DNA from: Octopus bimaculoides
Taxonomy: Eukaryota
Length of the DNA: 51,508 bases
NCBI RefSeq assembly: GCF_001194135.2
Contig: NC_068986.1
Span: 84,240,489 to 84,291,996, forward strand
Direction: 5' to 3'
The position numbers and the translations under genes are program-made. Position 1 is the stretch's first letter. Each line of letters starts with the position of its first letter. The notes beneath the pieces are model-generated. The model was not told the origin of the DNA. It saw only the letters and a list, made by a program, of their open reading frames with translations, and did no database searches. This document shows, one piece after another, positions 12,994 through 24,871 of the stretch.

Positions 12994-13200
12994 GAGAATG
13001 TACGAAAAAAAACAACAATAGACGAGGACAGGTGGTGTGAACAACAAAAAGATGTATTAGTTTGACGCTCGGGAATACAGAAAGTCTTTAACGTTTCGAG
13101 CTACGCTCTTCTACAGAAAGAATACGGAGAAAACAAGGAGAAAAACACGGAGAAAAAAAATTGAATTGTGTTTGGTCAGCGATTAATCATGGCGTTTGTT
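12990..13200 (-). mobile_element. Penelope-like terminal-repeat (pLTR) remnant embedded in TA microsatellite
   Basis: Short non-coding unit between (TA)n runs that carries a minimal hammerhead motif of the kind known from Penelope-like elements. Confidence 0.6.
13085..13121 (-). ncRNA. Minimal type I hammerhead ribozyme with one core mutation (A6U)
   Basis: Minus strand TCTTT-CTGTAGA-A-GAGC-GTA-GCTC-GAA-ACGT-T-AAAGA: 5 bp stem I, 4 bp stem II, loopless palindromic ACGT stem III, GUU triplet. Confidence 0.7.
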
Positions 13201-13799
13201 TATATATATATAAACAAACCACACACACATCTAGTCCCATCGTCACTTCCAACTGTTAGTGTGTCTATGTATAGCGTCAAATAAATCAGAGTATTAATTT
13301 ATTCAGACATATGATGGTGATGAAAAGGGTGCAGGCACGGTTGTGTGATTAAGAAATATTTGGCAAACACCTAGTTCTGGGTTCTGTCCCACTTAACGAA
13401 ATTTTGTGAAAGTATCTTCTGCTACAACTTTGGGTTTAGCCAAGCCTTAATAGAAGTAACTGTTTTGAAGCAGGTTGAAAGAACTGTATCCGATCTCAGT
13501 GGGTAGGCTTGGTATCTATCCTCGTCCTGATCTTGGTTTCCTTTGGCAAAATCCAGATGGTTCTGAGTATATGAACCAAGTCTTTTGTCATAAGATAATC
13601 TTAACTCATGATTTTTCCTTCCTTTCTCTTCAATGTTTGTGATAATACTAAAAAATAATGCCATTTCTCTAACTGAGCTATGAAAATTATTCGATCAAGG
13701 CGTAAATATTGAAGCATTTCAATGTAGGCAATTGCATCATATATATTTCTGTTCAATGTGTGTTGTCACACCATAGGACACGGCCTGAAAATTTTGGGG

Positions 13800-13942
13800 A
13801 GAGCTCAACCGGTATTTATTTGATCAACCTCGAATGGATAAAAGGCCAAGTCAACCTCAATGGAATTTGAACTCTGAACGTAAAGACGGACGAAATTCCA
13901 CTCAGTACTTTTTCAGGCGTTCTAACGATTCTGCCCAGCACT
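13800..13942 (-). mobile_element. SINE family C fragment
   Basis: Reverse complement resembles head and centre of 17083-17319. Confidence 0.7.
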
Positions 13943-14004
13943 TTAATAATGGTAAGAATAATAAGCCTAATGTGGAGCCTAAAAACAGAAACAATCCCTA
14001 TAAT

Positions 14005-14258
14005 AATACATTATGTATGATTAAAAAACATTCAGACAAATACATAACCAAAACATTTGGACTTATGAATATATATAACATGCAGAAAATAGCACTACTA
14101 GGTACTGCATACATTGTACGTAAAGCACTTTTAATACAGTGAAAATAAAAGCACCAAAACAAACCACAGCATATACCCAAAGGCCACAGGACTGCTCTCG
14201 GTTGTGCAGTAAATGTACATGATAAAAATAAGACTACTGACTCATAATAATAATAACG

Positions 14259-14325
<67 letters not shown>
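14005..14325 (+). mobile_element. REL-type (R4/Dong-like) extreme 3' end with (TAA)n tail
   Basis: LCMIKKHSDKYITKTFGLMNIYNMQKIALLGTAYIVRKALLIQ* is a REL C-terminus, followed by a short UTR and (TAA)n at 14245-14325. Confidence 0.8.
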
Positions 14326-14327
<2 letters not shown>

Positions 14328-14439
14328 CTACATATCCTACGTAAAATACTGTCTATGTAATCTCAAATTTTAAAACAAACACATAATTTTCTTATGGTTT
14401 CTTAAACATTCACTAGAACAAAACTGTACAAATCCAAAT

Positions 14440-14701
<262 letters not shown>

Positions 14702-14779
14702 TTACAGAGAATATGAGGTGACAAGATAATGCACAGGAAGAAATAAAAAATGGATGTAGCATGCAGGCATGAACCAAGT

Positions 14780-15380
14780 GAAATGACATTAGTGGCTTAA
14801 AACATTGGACGAAGAGCTCAGATAGAAAGCCTAGTAATCACTCTCGCAATCCAATCTTGTTATACTATCAAGGATAGAACAGATCCATAAAGCAGGATCT
14901 TAGGGAAATATGAAGAAACCATCGACCACGGTCACGTTATCTCTGGATGCCTGGAACTAGCAAAGGCTGAATACACGCGCAAACGTAACAAGGTGTGCCT
15001 AAGCTAGAAAATAAGCAGATGTTAAGGAAAATTAAAATGACTGAAAAACGGCATGAACATCAACGAAATAAAGTCACTGAGAATAATGGTATCACCAACC
15101 TCTGAGATATGTCCATCTTAACAGGATGGAAATAAAAGGAAACTAATAGGAAATAAGTGTCAACATTTCTGATATCGTTATCAAGGACTAGAAGAGCAGG
15201 AGGTGTATACTTTCCGACGTTGCTGTATCTTTCGAAAGGAACACCTCCATGAAAGTCACAGACAATTTGACCAGATACAAAGACTTAGAGATAGAAATCA
15301 ACGTGTAGAACATAAATACGAATACAATACCAGTGGTCATTGAAGCAGGAGAACTCATGAAGTAGAGAAAGGAAACGTTC
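14780..15380 (+). mobile_element. REL-type (R4/Dong-like) CCHC + REL fragment
   Basis: KDRTDP*SRILGKYEETIDH..ISGCLELAKAEYTRKRNK and DIVIKD..RCILSDVAVSFERNTSMKVTDNLTRYKDLEIEIN..TIPVVI. Confidence 0.9.
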
Positions 15381-15826
15381 AGCAAGCAAAGACAAATACG
15401 CGATACCAAATTACGATATATGTTTATACAGTAAGCTAAACGTAAAATTTTACATTAAGTCTGCTATGTAAACAGATGTCGTAAATTGGGTATTATATAG
15501 ATTTAATTCTTGTCTTGCAACACATTTCTTTTTCAACTCTTTGATAAAAGCTATCCCCGGAAGCGTTAAATCTATTCTGCTTCCTCCACTGATGTTTTAT
15601 TTTCATTGTGCACGTCTTTCATTGTTTTTTTCTTTTTGTCTTTTTTTTTTCGTTTTATATTCCTACGCTTTTACTGTCACGAACTTTCGTTTGTCCGACT
15701 ACGCGTATTATTTGCTTGCTTTTCTCATTCCTTTCCTCATTATCATCTTACTCGCTTTATTTGTATAACATTTGTCCACGCAGACCAAATCACCCCTTCT
15801 TCGCTGATTGACCACAACTACCGTCT

Positions 15827-15827
<1 letters not shown>

Positions 15828-15858
<31 letters not shown>

Positions 15859-15935
15859 GCTAGCTAGCTAGCTGTCTGTCTGTTTGTCTGTCTGCCTGTC
15901 TGCCTGCCTGTCTGCCCGCATGCCTACCTGTCTGT
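15828..15935. repeat. Compound tetranucleotide repeat (TCTA, CTAG, CTGT, CTGC)
   Basis: Directly visible. Confidence 0.95.
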
Positions 15936-16434
15936 GTCTGTATAAGCATGCATATNNNNNNNNNNNNNNNNNNNNNNNNNNNNNNNNNNNNNNNNNNNNN
16001 NNNNNNNNNNNNNNNNNNNNNNNNNNNNNNNNNNNNNNNNNNNNNNNNNNNNNNNNNNNNNNNNNNNNNNNNNNNNNNNNNNNNNNNNNNNNNNNNNNNN
16101 NNNNNNNNNNNNNNNNNNNNNNNNNNNNNNNNNNNNNNNNNNNNNNNNNNNNNNNNNNNNNNNNNNNNNNNNNNNNNNNNNNNNNNNNNNNNNNNNNNNN
16201 NNNNNNNNNNNNNNNNNNNNNNNNNNNNNNNNNNNNNNNNNNNNNNNNNNNNNNNNNNNNNNNNNNNNNNNNNNNNNNNNNNNNNNNNNNNNNNNNNNNN
16301 NNNNNNNNNNNNNNNNNNNNNNNNNNNNNNNNNNNNNNNNNNNNNNNNNNNNNNNNNNNNNNNNNNNNNNNNNNNNNNNNNNNNNNNNNNNNNNNGTGTG
16401 TGTGTGTGTGTGTGTGCGTATGTATGTTTGTGTG

Positions 16435-16630
16435 TCTGTGTGTCTCCCAACCATCGCTTGATACCGATGTTGTTGTGTTTACGTCCCCGTAACTTAGCAG
16501 TTCGGTGTAAGAGACCGATAGGATAAGTACTAGGCTTTCAAAGAATAAGCCCTGGGCTCGATTTATTCGACTAAAGGGGGTGCTGCAGCATGGCCGCAAT
16601 CAAATGACTGAAACAAATAAAAGAATAAAT
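16435..16630 (+). mobile_element. SINE family D, 3' half
   Basis: Matches 21290-21499. Confidence 0.85.
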
Positions 16631-17082
16631 GAAATATGTATATATTTGGCATACTTAAGTACATTTGTAAATCTTGGTATGTACCTATGTGTACTTGTAA
16701 TATACATGTATAGGCTTTTACTGTGGGCGTGTACAAACGTATGCATGACAGTGTATGAGAGCATTGAACTACAAATATGCTAACATGTATAAACAACACT
16801 GGTGAATACGCACGGACAACCAAATATACACTTATAGATTAGTAGAGAGAATCGTAACTAAATACCCTTTCTACCTCCAAAAAACAAAACAAAAAAAAAC
16901 AAAAAAAAACAAAAAAAAAACAAAATAAAATCAAAAAGAAAGAAAAATAAGAGATTTCAAACATTGTTCTGTTCGGATGAGAAAAATACAACAGCAACAC
17001 TATCGACAACAGGAGTACATACATACATACATACATACATACATACATACATACATACATACACACATACATACATACATTA

Positions 17083-17319
17083 AAGGCGGCGAGCTGGCAG
17101 AAACGTTAGCACGCCGAGCGAAATGCTTAGCGGTATTTCGTCTGCCGTTACGTTCTGAGTTCAAATTCCCTCGAGGTCGACTTTGCCTTTCATCCTTTCG
17201 GGATCGATTAAATAAGTCTCAGTTACGCATTGGGGGTCAACATAATCTACTTAATCCGTTTGTCTGTCCTTGTTTCTCTCCTCTGTGTGTAAGCCCTTGT
17301 GGGTAGTAAAAAGAAAATA
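17083..17319 (+). mobile_element. Full-length SINE family C
   Basis: aaggcggcgagctggcagaaacgttagc head with a gttcaaattcc B-box-like motif; closely similar to the minus-strand copy at 49168-49401. Confidence 0.9.
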
Positions 17320-17344
17320 CCTGCATACGTACATACGTACATAC

Positions 17345-17720
17345 GGCTCTGGGATATGTAACGCATTGCCTAAATACCAATCTTGGGAAATTAGGCTTCT
17401 CAAAATTAGAAAAGAAAAAAACTAATTCAAAGACTACAGATCCAATCCATCACTGGTACTATAAAGATCTGTAAAACTTTCCAGAAGTTTATCATTTAAA
17501 TATATATGAGCATGTCTATATATGTAACTACGTGCATGAGAATACATACATAAAGCAAAACATAAAAATCCGCACACATACATACATACAAACAAACAAA
17601 ATGCTCTGTTGTTAATGTTGAAATTCCAATGAAGGAGCCTTGAATCTAAGTTAGAAGCCGGTTATTTCTCTATTGGGCAACAAATATTGAAATAAAACTG
17701 AACAATGATATACATATATA
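17345..17720 (+). mobile_element. REL-type LINE 3' end, second family, copy 1
   Basis: ALGYVTHCLNTNLGKLGF..LIQRLQIQSITGTIKICKTFQKFII* plus 3' UTR. Confidence 0.8.
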
Positions 17721-17857
17721 CATATTGAGACATACAAGGTCGGTCAAAATTTAGTCTAAATTAAAAAGAGGAAAGCGAACATAAATACATGCATACATAC
17801 ATACATACATACATACATACATACATACATACATACATACATACATACATACATACA

Positions 17858-18370
17858 TAACAAGGAATACTGATGGAACGGCCCGATAAAACCATCAATT
17901 CGGTGCAAACATAATAATCCTGATATTCGGCTAGGGAACAAAAGCCATGCATTGTTGCAGAGATCAACAATCCAGGAAAAAGAGAATATTTATGACGAAT
18001 TAATGCGGAGTTTACAGCTCTTGTACCGTGAGTATGAATCTTTATTTGTACCCGTCATCATAGGTGCATTAGGTTATGTACCAACAAATTTGCACAAAAA
18101 CCTAATAGTTGGTTTCACCGAAAAGAGCAAAAGAAACTGACGCGGATTCTCCAACGCCAATATATTAGTGGCACAGTGAAGATTTGTAAGACATTCCAGA
18201 AACTCACCATGTGAGATTCTTATGTGAATAGAGGCACATACTTGGGTGTATGCATCGACAGTTCAACCAACGCACCAACTCAACCACATATTTATAAACA
18301 CCGGGAACTCTCTTAACTCAAAAAAATCTTGTTGTTTTGTTAGCAACCGAAAATAAATTAAATTAACTCA
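17858..18370 (+). mobile_element. REL-type LINE 3' end, second family, copy 2
   Basis: [54 protein letters not shown]. Confidence 0.85.
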
Positions 18371-18409
18371 GAAAATATCATACATATATACATGCATGCA
18401 AAATTGGTG

Positions 18410-18550
18410 CACTTGGTTTTGTAAATGTCACAATTTGGATAAGCTGGAGTGTTTAGAAAAAGAAATCAAACAGCTAGCTCGCAAATTACAAATACAGTCC
18501 GTAAGTGGGACAGTAAAAATATGCAAGGATTTTGTAAAGTTTAAAATGAT
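18410..18550 (+). mobile_element. REL-type LINE 3' end, second family, copy 3
   Basis: LDKLECLEKEIKQLARKLQIQSVSGTVKICKDFVKFKM, same C-terminus as copies 1 and 2. Confidence 0.8.
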
Positions 18551-18662
18551 ACTTTCTTTTTGTTATCTACATTCTAACGACGGAGCTTTTTAGGAACCTC
18601 GGAGGAACAATTCAGCTAATTAAAGACAGAAAAGAACCCGCGCGCACACACACATACACACG

Positions 18663-18754
<92 letters not shown>

Positions 18755-19415
18755 TATGTATGTATGTATATATATATATATTATATGTATGTGTGTATAC
18801 ATGCGTTAATACTCTTCAGTTATGTCACTTTAATCATTGTGTGAACATTTCTCGCTTGCTCTGCTTTTCATTTTTTATGTTAACCTATGAAGAAGATATT
18901 GCAAGGCAGAAGTATAAACCACCTCCATCGACCAACATGAGAAAGTGACTTGCTATTGAATAAATTGAACATGATCTTATAATACATCCAGTGTTACACA
19001 CAGCTGAAAGCAGTCACGACTTTTCGTCATTGATTAAAATTGCTCAAGGATTCGTTAATTAATGCATTTTTTGTTTTTCAATGCATAATTTTAATAAGTT
19101 CTCTCTATTTCAAGTCTAACAAATAATAAACTATGACAGGACTTACTCCATATCTAACAAACAACAAACTGTGTGTGAAGGCTCATTTCCTGTCTAGTAT
19201 ACAAGAATGCCTAACATAATGCGTGGGTTCTCGCTCTTTGACTTCTTTAACTGTTTCTTTCCTATATAACATTTAACGATCGTTTTCAATATTTCTCACA
19301 CATAATGAATGCCACACTTGTGATAGTCATACACAACGAATATAAAACGCAAGCAACCACATGAATACAGATGCTATACACACGCACGCGCACGCGCACA
19401 ATCATTCACCCACGC

Positions 19416-20129
19416 GTGAAACTCTGGGGTCAATGAAATCGACTAGTCCCCTGTCGCTAAATTTCAGACATTGTGCCATTAGTAGAAATGATTACTATGA
19501 AGGTGGTGATATGGCAGAACCAGTAGCACGCTGAGCAAAATTATTAGAGGCATTCCCTCCATCCTTACGTTCTGAGTTCAAATTCCACCGAGGACGTTTT
19601 TGCCTGTCACCCTTTCAGGGTCGATAAATTAAGTACCAGTGAAGCACTGGGATCGATGTAATTGACTAATCCCTACCCCCAAAATTTCGGGCCTTGTGCC
19701 TTTAGTAGAAAGGATTATTATCATTATTATTGTTGTTGTTGTTATTATTATTAGGGCGGTGAGCTGACAGAATCGTTAGCACGCCGGACAAAACGCTTAG
19801 AAGCATTCCGTCCGTCCTTACGCTCTGAGTTCAAATACTGCCGAGGTTGGCTTTACCTTTCACTTTTTCAGGGTTGATAAAATAAGTACTAGTTGAGGAC
19901 TGGGGTCAATGTAATCGACAAGCTCCCTCCTCGAAAATTTCACGCTTTGTGCTTATAGTAAAAAGGATTATTATTCTTCCCTCTTTAGGTTCTGAGTTCA
20001 AGTTCCGCCGAAGTCGACTTCGCTTTTCATCCTTCGCGGTCGATAAATTAAGTAGCAATGAAACATTGGTGTCGATATAATCTACTAGTCCCCTCCCCCA
20101 AAATGTTATGCCTTGTGCCTATAGTAGAA

Positions 20130-20168
<39 letters not shown>

Positions 20169-20220
20169 GTTGTTGTTGTTGTTGTTATTATTATTATCAT
20201 TATTATTATTATTATTATTA
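19416..20220 (+). mobile_element. Four head-to-tail SINE family C variants with (ATT)n tails
   Basis: Units at 19416-19498, 19500-19752, 19753-19975 and 19988-20220, each ending in ..tagtagaaa(gg)attatt or a close variant. Confidence 0.88.
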
Positions 20221-21090
20221 CCATGCAAAGAATCAAAGAAACAAAGCTCCATCGCTGGAATTTGGATAACAAGAACAAAAGATGTTATATTCTTTTTAGT
20301 TTCAGCTCAAGAGCTGTGGCCATACTGGAACACCATTTACTGGTGGAGAAGCTGGTTATTTTCTTTGCCTAAAAAAAAAAAAAAACAGATTTTCGAGATT
20401 GTAACTTAAACATTTAGTACCATAGCCTGATGCACCAATAATTATTAAGATCACTGTGAATTCATAGTGAGGATAGAGAAGCTGCATTTCTGGAAGCAGC
20501 TGTTCGTAAACATTAGTTTTTAAAGTGGCTGGGGAAAATGTTTATAGGTATAGTGTAGTGTTAGAATTATTAAATAATTATTGACCAGTAACAACATCTG
20601 GTAGACTGTGTGTTGCATTCACAGTAACCACATTAATATTTACATTTCCATACATTAAAACAAAAAATCTGGCAGACTTGCATTCGCATATTTACAACAG
20701 CTAAATAAATAGAACAACATTCAAGTGATACATAATGGAATAAGCATAAGTTTTCATTGCACATTAAACTATAATACTCCATGTTCATAATTATTGGTGA
20801 GCAAATTAAGTAGAAATAAGTTGAACGCCTTATCAACAAGTTGATTGACATCGTTTCGAGTAGACTCTCAGATCATTGTAGACAAAACAAGTAGGAAAAG
20901 TGAGAACGCCTATGATAGTGTGCAGTTCCACAGGTCGTTCCGTGTTGTGCCTCAGGTTGTTCTGTAAGAAAACAGAAGAGGGTAAGAGACCATTTCATGG
21001 AGTAGAGCGACATGGCACCGTGTGGACTTCGGGATAGCTCTACACGTGGTTCAGTTCGCTCGCTTTTTATAACTCAGTTGAAATGTTTCT

Positions 21091-21499
21091 AGGAGTCGCG
21101 TGGCAGTGTAGTAAGAGGCTTGCTTCTCAACGACATGGTTCCTAGTTCAGTCCTACTGCGTGGCACCTTGGGCAAGTGACTTCTAGTAAAGCCTCGGACC
21201 GACCAATCTTGTGGGTGGATTTGGTAGACGGAAATCTAAAGAAGCCCGTCGTGTGTGTGTGTGTGCGTGCGTGTATGTGTGTTTATGTCTGTTTGTCCCC
21301 CTCCATCGCTTGGCAACCAGTGTTGGTGTGTTTACATCCCTATAACTTAGCGGCTCGGCAAAAAGAGGCTGATAGAATAAGTATCAAGCATTAAAAAAAA
21401 AAAATCCTGCGGTCGATTTGCACGACTAAAACCCTTCAAGGCGGTGCACAATCATGGCCGCAATCAAATGATTGAAACAAATAAAGGATAAAAGATAAA
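21091..21499 (+). mobile_element. Full-length SINE family D (tRNA head, CORE-like domain, internal TG microsatellite)
   Basis: Head tggcagtgtagtaag..gttcagtcc; gcgtggcaccttgggcaagtgactt resembles the CORE/MIR motif gtgaccttgggcaagt; tail ..gaaacaaataaaggataaaag. Confidence 0.88.
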
Positions 21500-21624
21500 G
21501 ATACTATATAGCGAGAAAATTTAAGCTTGTTTACTCAGGAGTCAATTTGAGTAATTGAGCCATATTTGTGTGGCCTTGGGTGCCTTTTACGGCAATGCAA
21601 ATTTTCGTAAGTGGCTGTACCTGT

Positions 21625-21679
21625 TATAGTAGTATAGTAGTATAGTAGTATAGTAGTATAGTAGTATAGTAGTATAGTA
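21625..21679. repeat. (TAGTA)n pentanucleotide repeat
   Basis: Directly visible. Confidence 0.95.
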
Positions 21680-21699
21680 CGCTGTGGTTGAGAGCTGAG

Positions 21700-21933
21700 T
21701 AATCTCGGCCTGATGGTTCACGATTTTAGGAAAGGTTGCTTCTATGACTTTACATAAGTTTTTCATTAGACTTAAGGGTGTGATTCGAAACAGAGGTGGT
21801 CATATCGAATAAATGTAGTGTCATTATTGTGTTTCCTTTACCATTGCATTGCAACGCTCGGACCCCAGATATAACAATATTTTGTTTTGGCAAAGTTGAA
21901 AAAAGTTGGTTGCCTTAATTTTGGGACACCCTG
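21700..21933 (+). mobile_element. Tc1/mariner right end: transposase C-terminus plus TIR
   Basis: ..FFIRLKGVIRNRGGHIE* followed by ..ttttgggacaccctg|TA, whose reverse complement CAGGGTGTCCC is a typical TIR start. Confidence 0.75.
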
Positions 21934-21969
21934 TACACACGCACACACAGACAGACAGAAAGACAGACA

Positions 21970-22026
<57 letters not shown>

Positions 22027-22029
22027 ACA

Positions 22030-22178
22030 TATCTAAGAAAAAAGGATCAAAAGCCATTCCCTAGCCATAGGCCGGTTCCCCGGATTTTGTGGGGATGTAG
22101 TTATCTCCCCATCGGCTCTGACGAGACAGAAGTTCCTCACTCATTTTTGCCAACCGAATGGAATAGAGCAACGTGAAA
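22030..22178 (-). mobile_element. SINE sharing the family A central domain but with a different tail (truncated by gap)
   Basis: Minus strand tttcacgttgctctattccattcggttggcaaaaatgagt matches 31908-31948; downstream sequence differs. Confidence 0.75.
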
Positions 22179-22426
22179 NNNNNNNNNNNNNNNNNNNNNN
22201 NNNNNNNNNNNNNNNNNNNNNNNNNNNNNNNNNNNNNNNNNNNNNNNNNNNNNNNNNNNNNNNNNNNNNNNNNNNNNNNNNNNNNNNNNNNNNNNNNNNN
22301 NNNNNNNNNNNNNNNNNNNNNNNNNNNNNNNNNNNNNNNNNNNNNNNNNNNNNNNNNNNNNNNNNNNNNNNNNNNNNNNNNNNNNNTACACACAAACAGA
22401 CACACGCAGTCACACACACACACATA

Positions 22427-22469
<43 letters not shown>

Positions 22470-22615
22470 GTAATCACTTGAAGAGAAACAGCTACATCGA
22501 CGGTTACTCCTAAATCAGTTAGTTATCGCATCCCACTCGTGAGGGATCAATGCTAGATGGGTCGAAACAATTGTAGTGTTTAATAAAGATTCTGGGATCT
22601 CCTATCTTCTGTCTC
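22470..22615 (+). mobile_element. Penelope-like pLTR remnant with degenerate hammerhead and AATAAA
   Basis: ccca-ctcgtgag-(stem II)-gaaacaattgta-gtg followed by aataaa; sits between (CA)n and (TATG)n arrays. Confidence 0.45.
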
Positions 22616-22744
22616 TATGTATGTATGTATGTATGTATGTATGTATGTATGTATGTATGCATGTATGTATGTATGTATGTATGTATGCATGCATGCATGT
22701 ATGTATGTATGTATGTATGTATGTATGTATGTATGTATAAACAC

Positions 22745-22868
22745 AGGCGTAGCTGGGTTCCGAGTTCAGTCCCACTGCATGACACCTTGGGCGAGTGTCT
22801 TCTACTATAGTTTCGGGCCGACCAGGCCTTGTGAGTGGATTTAGTAGAGGGAAACTGAAAGAAGCACG

Positions 22869-22870
<2 letters not shown>
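22745..22870 (+). mobile_element. SINE family D, 5' half, ending in its internal (TA)/(TG) array
   Basis: Matches 21130-21250. Confidence 0.85.
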
Positions 22871-22904
<34 letters not shown>

Positions 22905-22917
22905 TTGTGTGTGTGTG

Positions 22918-22949
<32 letters not shown>

Positions 22950-22982
22950 CGTGTGCGTACGCGCATGTAAAACAAAAAGTGT

Positions 22983-23076
22983 GAGTTTGTTCATAAATTA
23001 TTTAGTTGCGTCATTTCAAACATATTGTTAGCGAAATGTCTACGATGACGCAACTAAATATTTTATGAACAGACTC
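22983..23076. repeat. 94 bp inverted repeat / possible mini-MITE
   Basis: Arms 22983-23014 and 23045-23076 (32 bp, 2 mismatches), 30 bp spacer. Confidence 0.85.
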
Positions 23077-24060
23077 TCCTATTTTTCTCTATATACTTCG
23101 TGATCTTTCTGTCTATGGAAACTAGTGACAGGAAACTTGGAAAATAATACAAGTTATGCTGGAACTTTTCTCCTTTAATGTAAAGAAATGCTGCATGGAG
23201 TTCTAAATAGTAGTTATATGTCATGCAATTTAAGTTTAAATCGCACTTGTTTTTGCTTTTCTCTTCTGATTTTTGTTCTGTGTGTGCCATAAATATCGCC
23301 ATCCGTTAGAGAAAAAATTTGTAGCTTGGAATCAGTAGTTCTTTGACTGCTATTTCTAAATTTTCAGTATGTTGGAGAAGCAACTCAAGCTAATCCCTGT
23401 AGTAGTAGTAGTAGTAAGGTGGCGAGTTGGCAGAATTGTTAGCACAATGCTTAGTAGCATCAATTACAAATTAAAAGGGTAAAGGATTATCAATTTATTA
23501 ATTCATTAATAAGTCAACAATTAATAATTTATAATTTTTACCAAGCCCATCGGTATGTAAGCACCATTATTGGTGGAGAACTTATTTAAAAGCACATATA
23601 TATTTATAAACATAATTAAGGGATCAGCAAATATTTGCTTCACCATATACCGAAGTTCAGAAATAGCAGCTAAAAAAGCTGTTTTCATTGTTTTTTCTTC
23701 TTGTTTTTGCCTTTGTNNNNNNNNNNNNNNNNNNNNNNNNNNNNNNNNNNNNNNNNNNNNNNNNNNNNNNNNNNNNNNNNNNNNNNNNNNNNNNNNNNNN
23801 NNNNNNNNNNNNNNNNNNNNNNNNNNNNNNNNNNNNNNNNNNNNNNNNNNNNNNNNNNNNNNNNNNNNNNNNNNNNNNNNNNNNNNNNNNNNNNNNNNNN
23901 NNNNNNNNNNNNNNNNNNNNNNNNNNNNNNNNNNNNNNNNNNNNNNNNNNNNNNNNNNNNNNNNNNNNNNNNNNNNNNNNNNNNNNNNNNNNNNNNNNNN
24001 NNNNNNNNNNNNNNNNNNNNNNNNNNNNNNNNNNNNNNNNNNNNNNNNNNNNNNNNNNNN

Positions 24061-24126
<66 letters not shown>

Positions 24127-24839
24127 GCGTGCGTGCGTGCGTGCGCGTGTGTTGAAAAGAGCTACTAATAGTCTGATGGGATACAATAATTCGGCAGCCT
24201 TGAAATGTCACTACAAACAAGACTGCCATGTCTGCTTTGGCCTCAACAGTTACAGGAGATGCTGCTCTGTTAAAAAGACCGAAGCACGAGACGGTAACGT
24301 GGAGTGTGCTGACAACACAGGGCAACCGTTTTATACATCTGTGTTTGGTATAGCCGAATGTGTGTTACTCTAATGGAAAGAGGCAACCAATTTCGTTACA
24401 ATACAGGACAGCAAAACCAAAGCCAGGCCAACGAAACACTCAGCGCAAATCTGTGTTTACATATTCACGATGACGGAGTGTACAAACATATAATTGTAGT
24501 ACGCTGGCGCATATTTGAAACCTACAGTAAATATTCATAAACAGTGTATTAAATAAATAGTAATTCCACTATAAAGAAGCAGACCAAAAAGAGGAGTATT
24601 GTGTTGACGATAATAATAACCTTGGAGGGGGATAAATATAGAGTTAATCTCAGCTGATATATTAATATCAGAGTGCCATAAATATGTGTTAAGCTATGTC
24701 TGCAAAAACTGAAAGTTGTCTGCAGATTATCAACTTGTTTATACTTGCACAGACTGGTAGTTAACAACGCCAGCCTCTGGCTATGGTTGTCTCTAACCTT
24801 AATGACAAATATCTACGTCTCTGTTTGGTTGACATCGTA

Positions 24840-24871
<32 letters not shown>

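Noticed and set aside
20225-20290. Peptide LDNKNKRCYIL resembling a REL domain piece
   Set aside because: Too short; excluded from the REL fragment count
20845-20880. Hammerhead-like ctgagagtctactcgaaacgatgtc on the minus strand
   Set aside because: The core is missing nucleotides (CUGA-GA) and stem I does not pair; could be chance
23521-23716. Minus-strand peptide KTAFLAAISELRYMVKQIFADPL
   Set aside because: Truncated by a gap and not recognisable; cannot be distinguished from chance
24140-24373. Cys-rich + strand frame and a minus-strand acceptor with an open phase-2 frame
   Set aside because: No convincing donor or start, runs into (CA)n and a gap, and no recognisable domain
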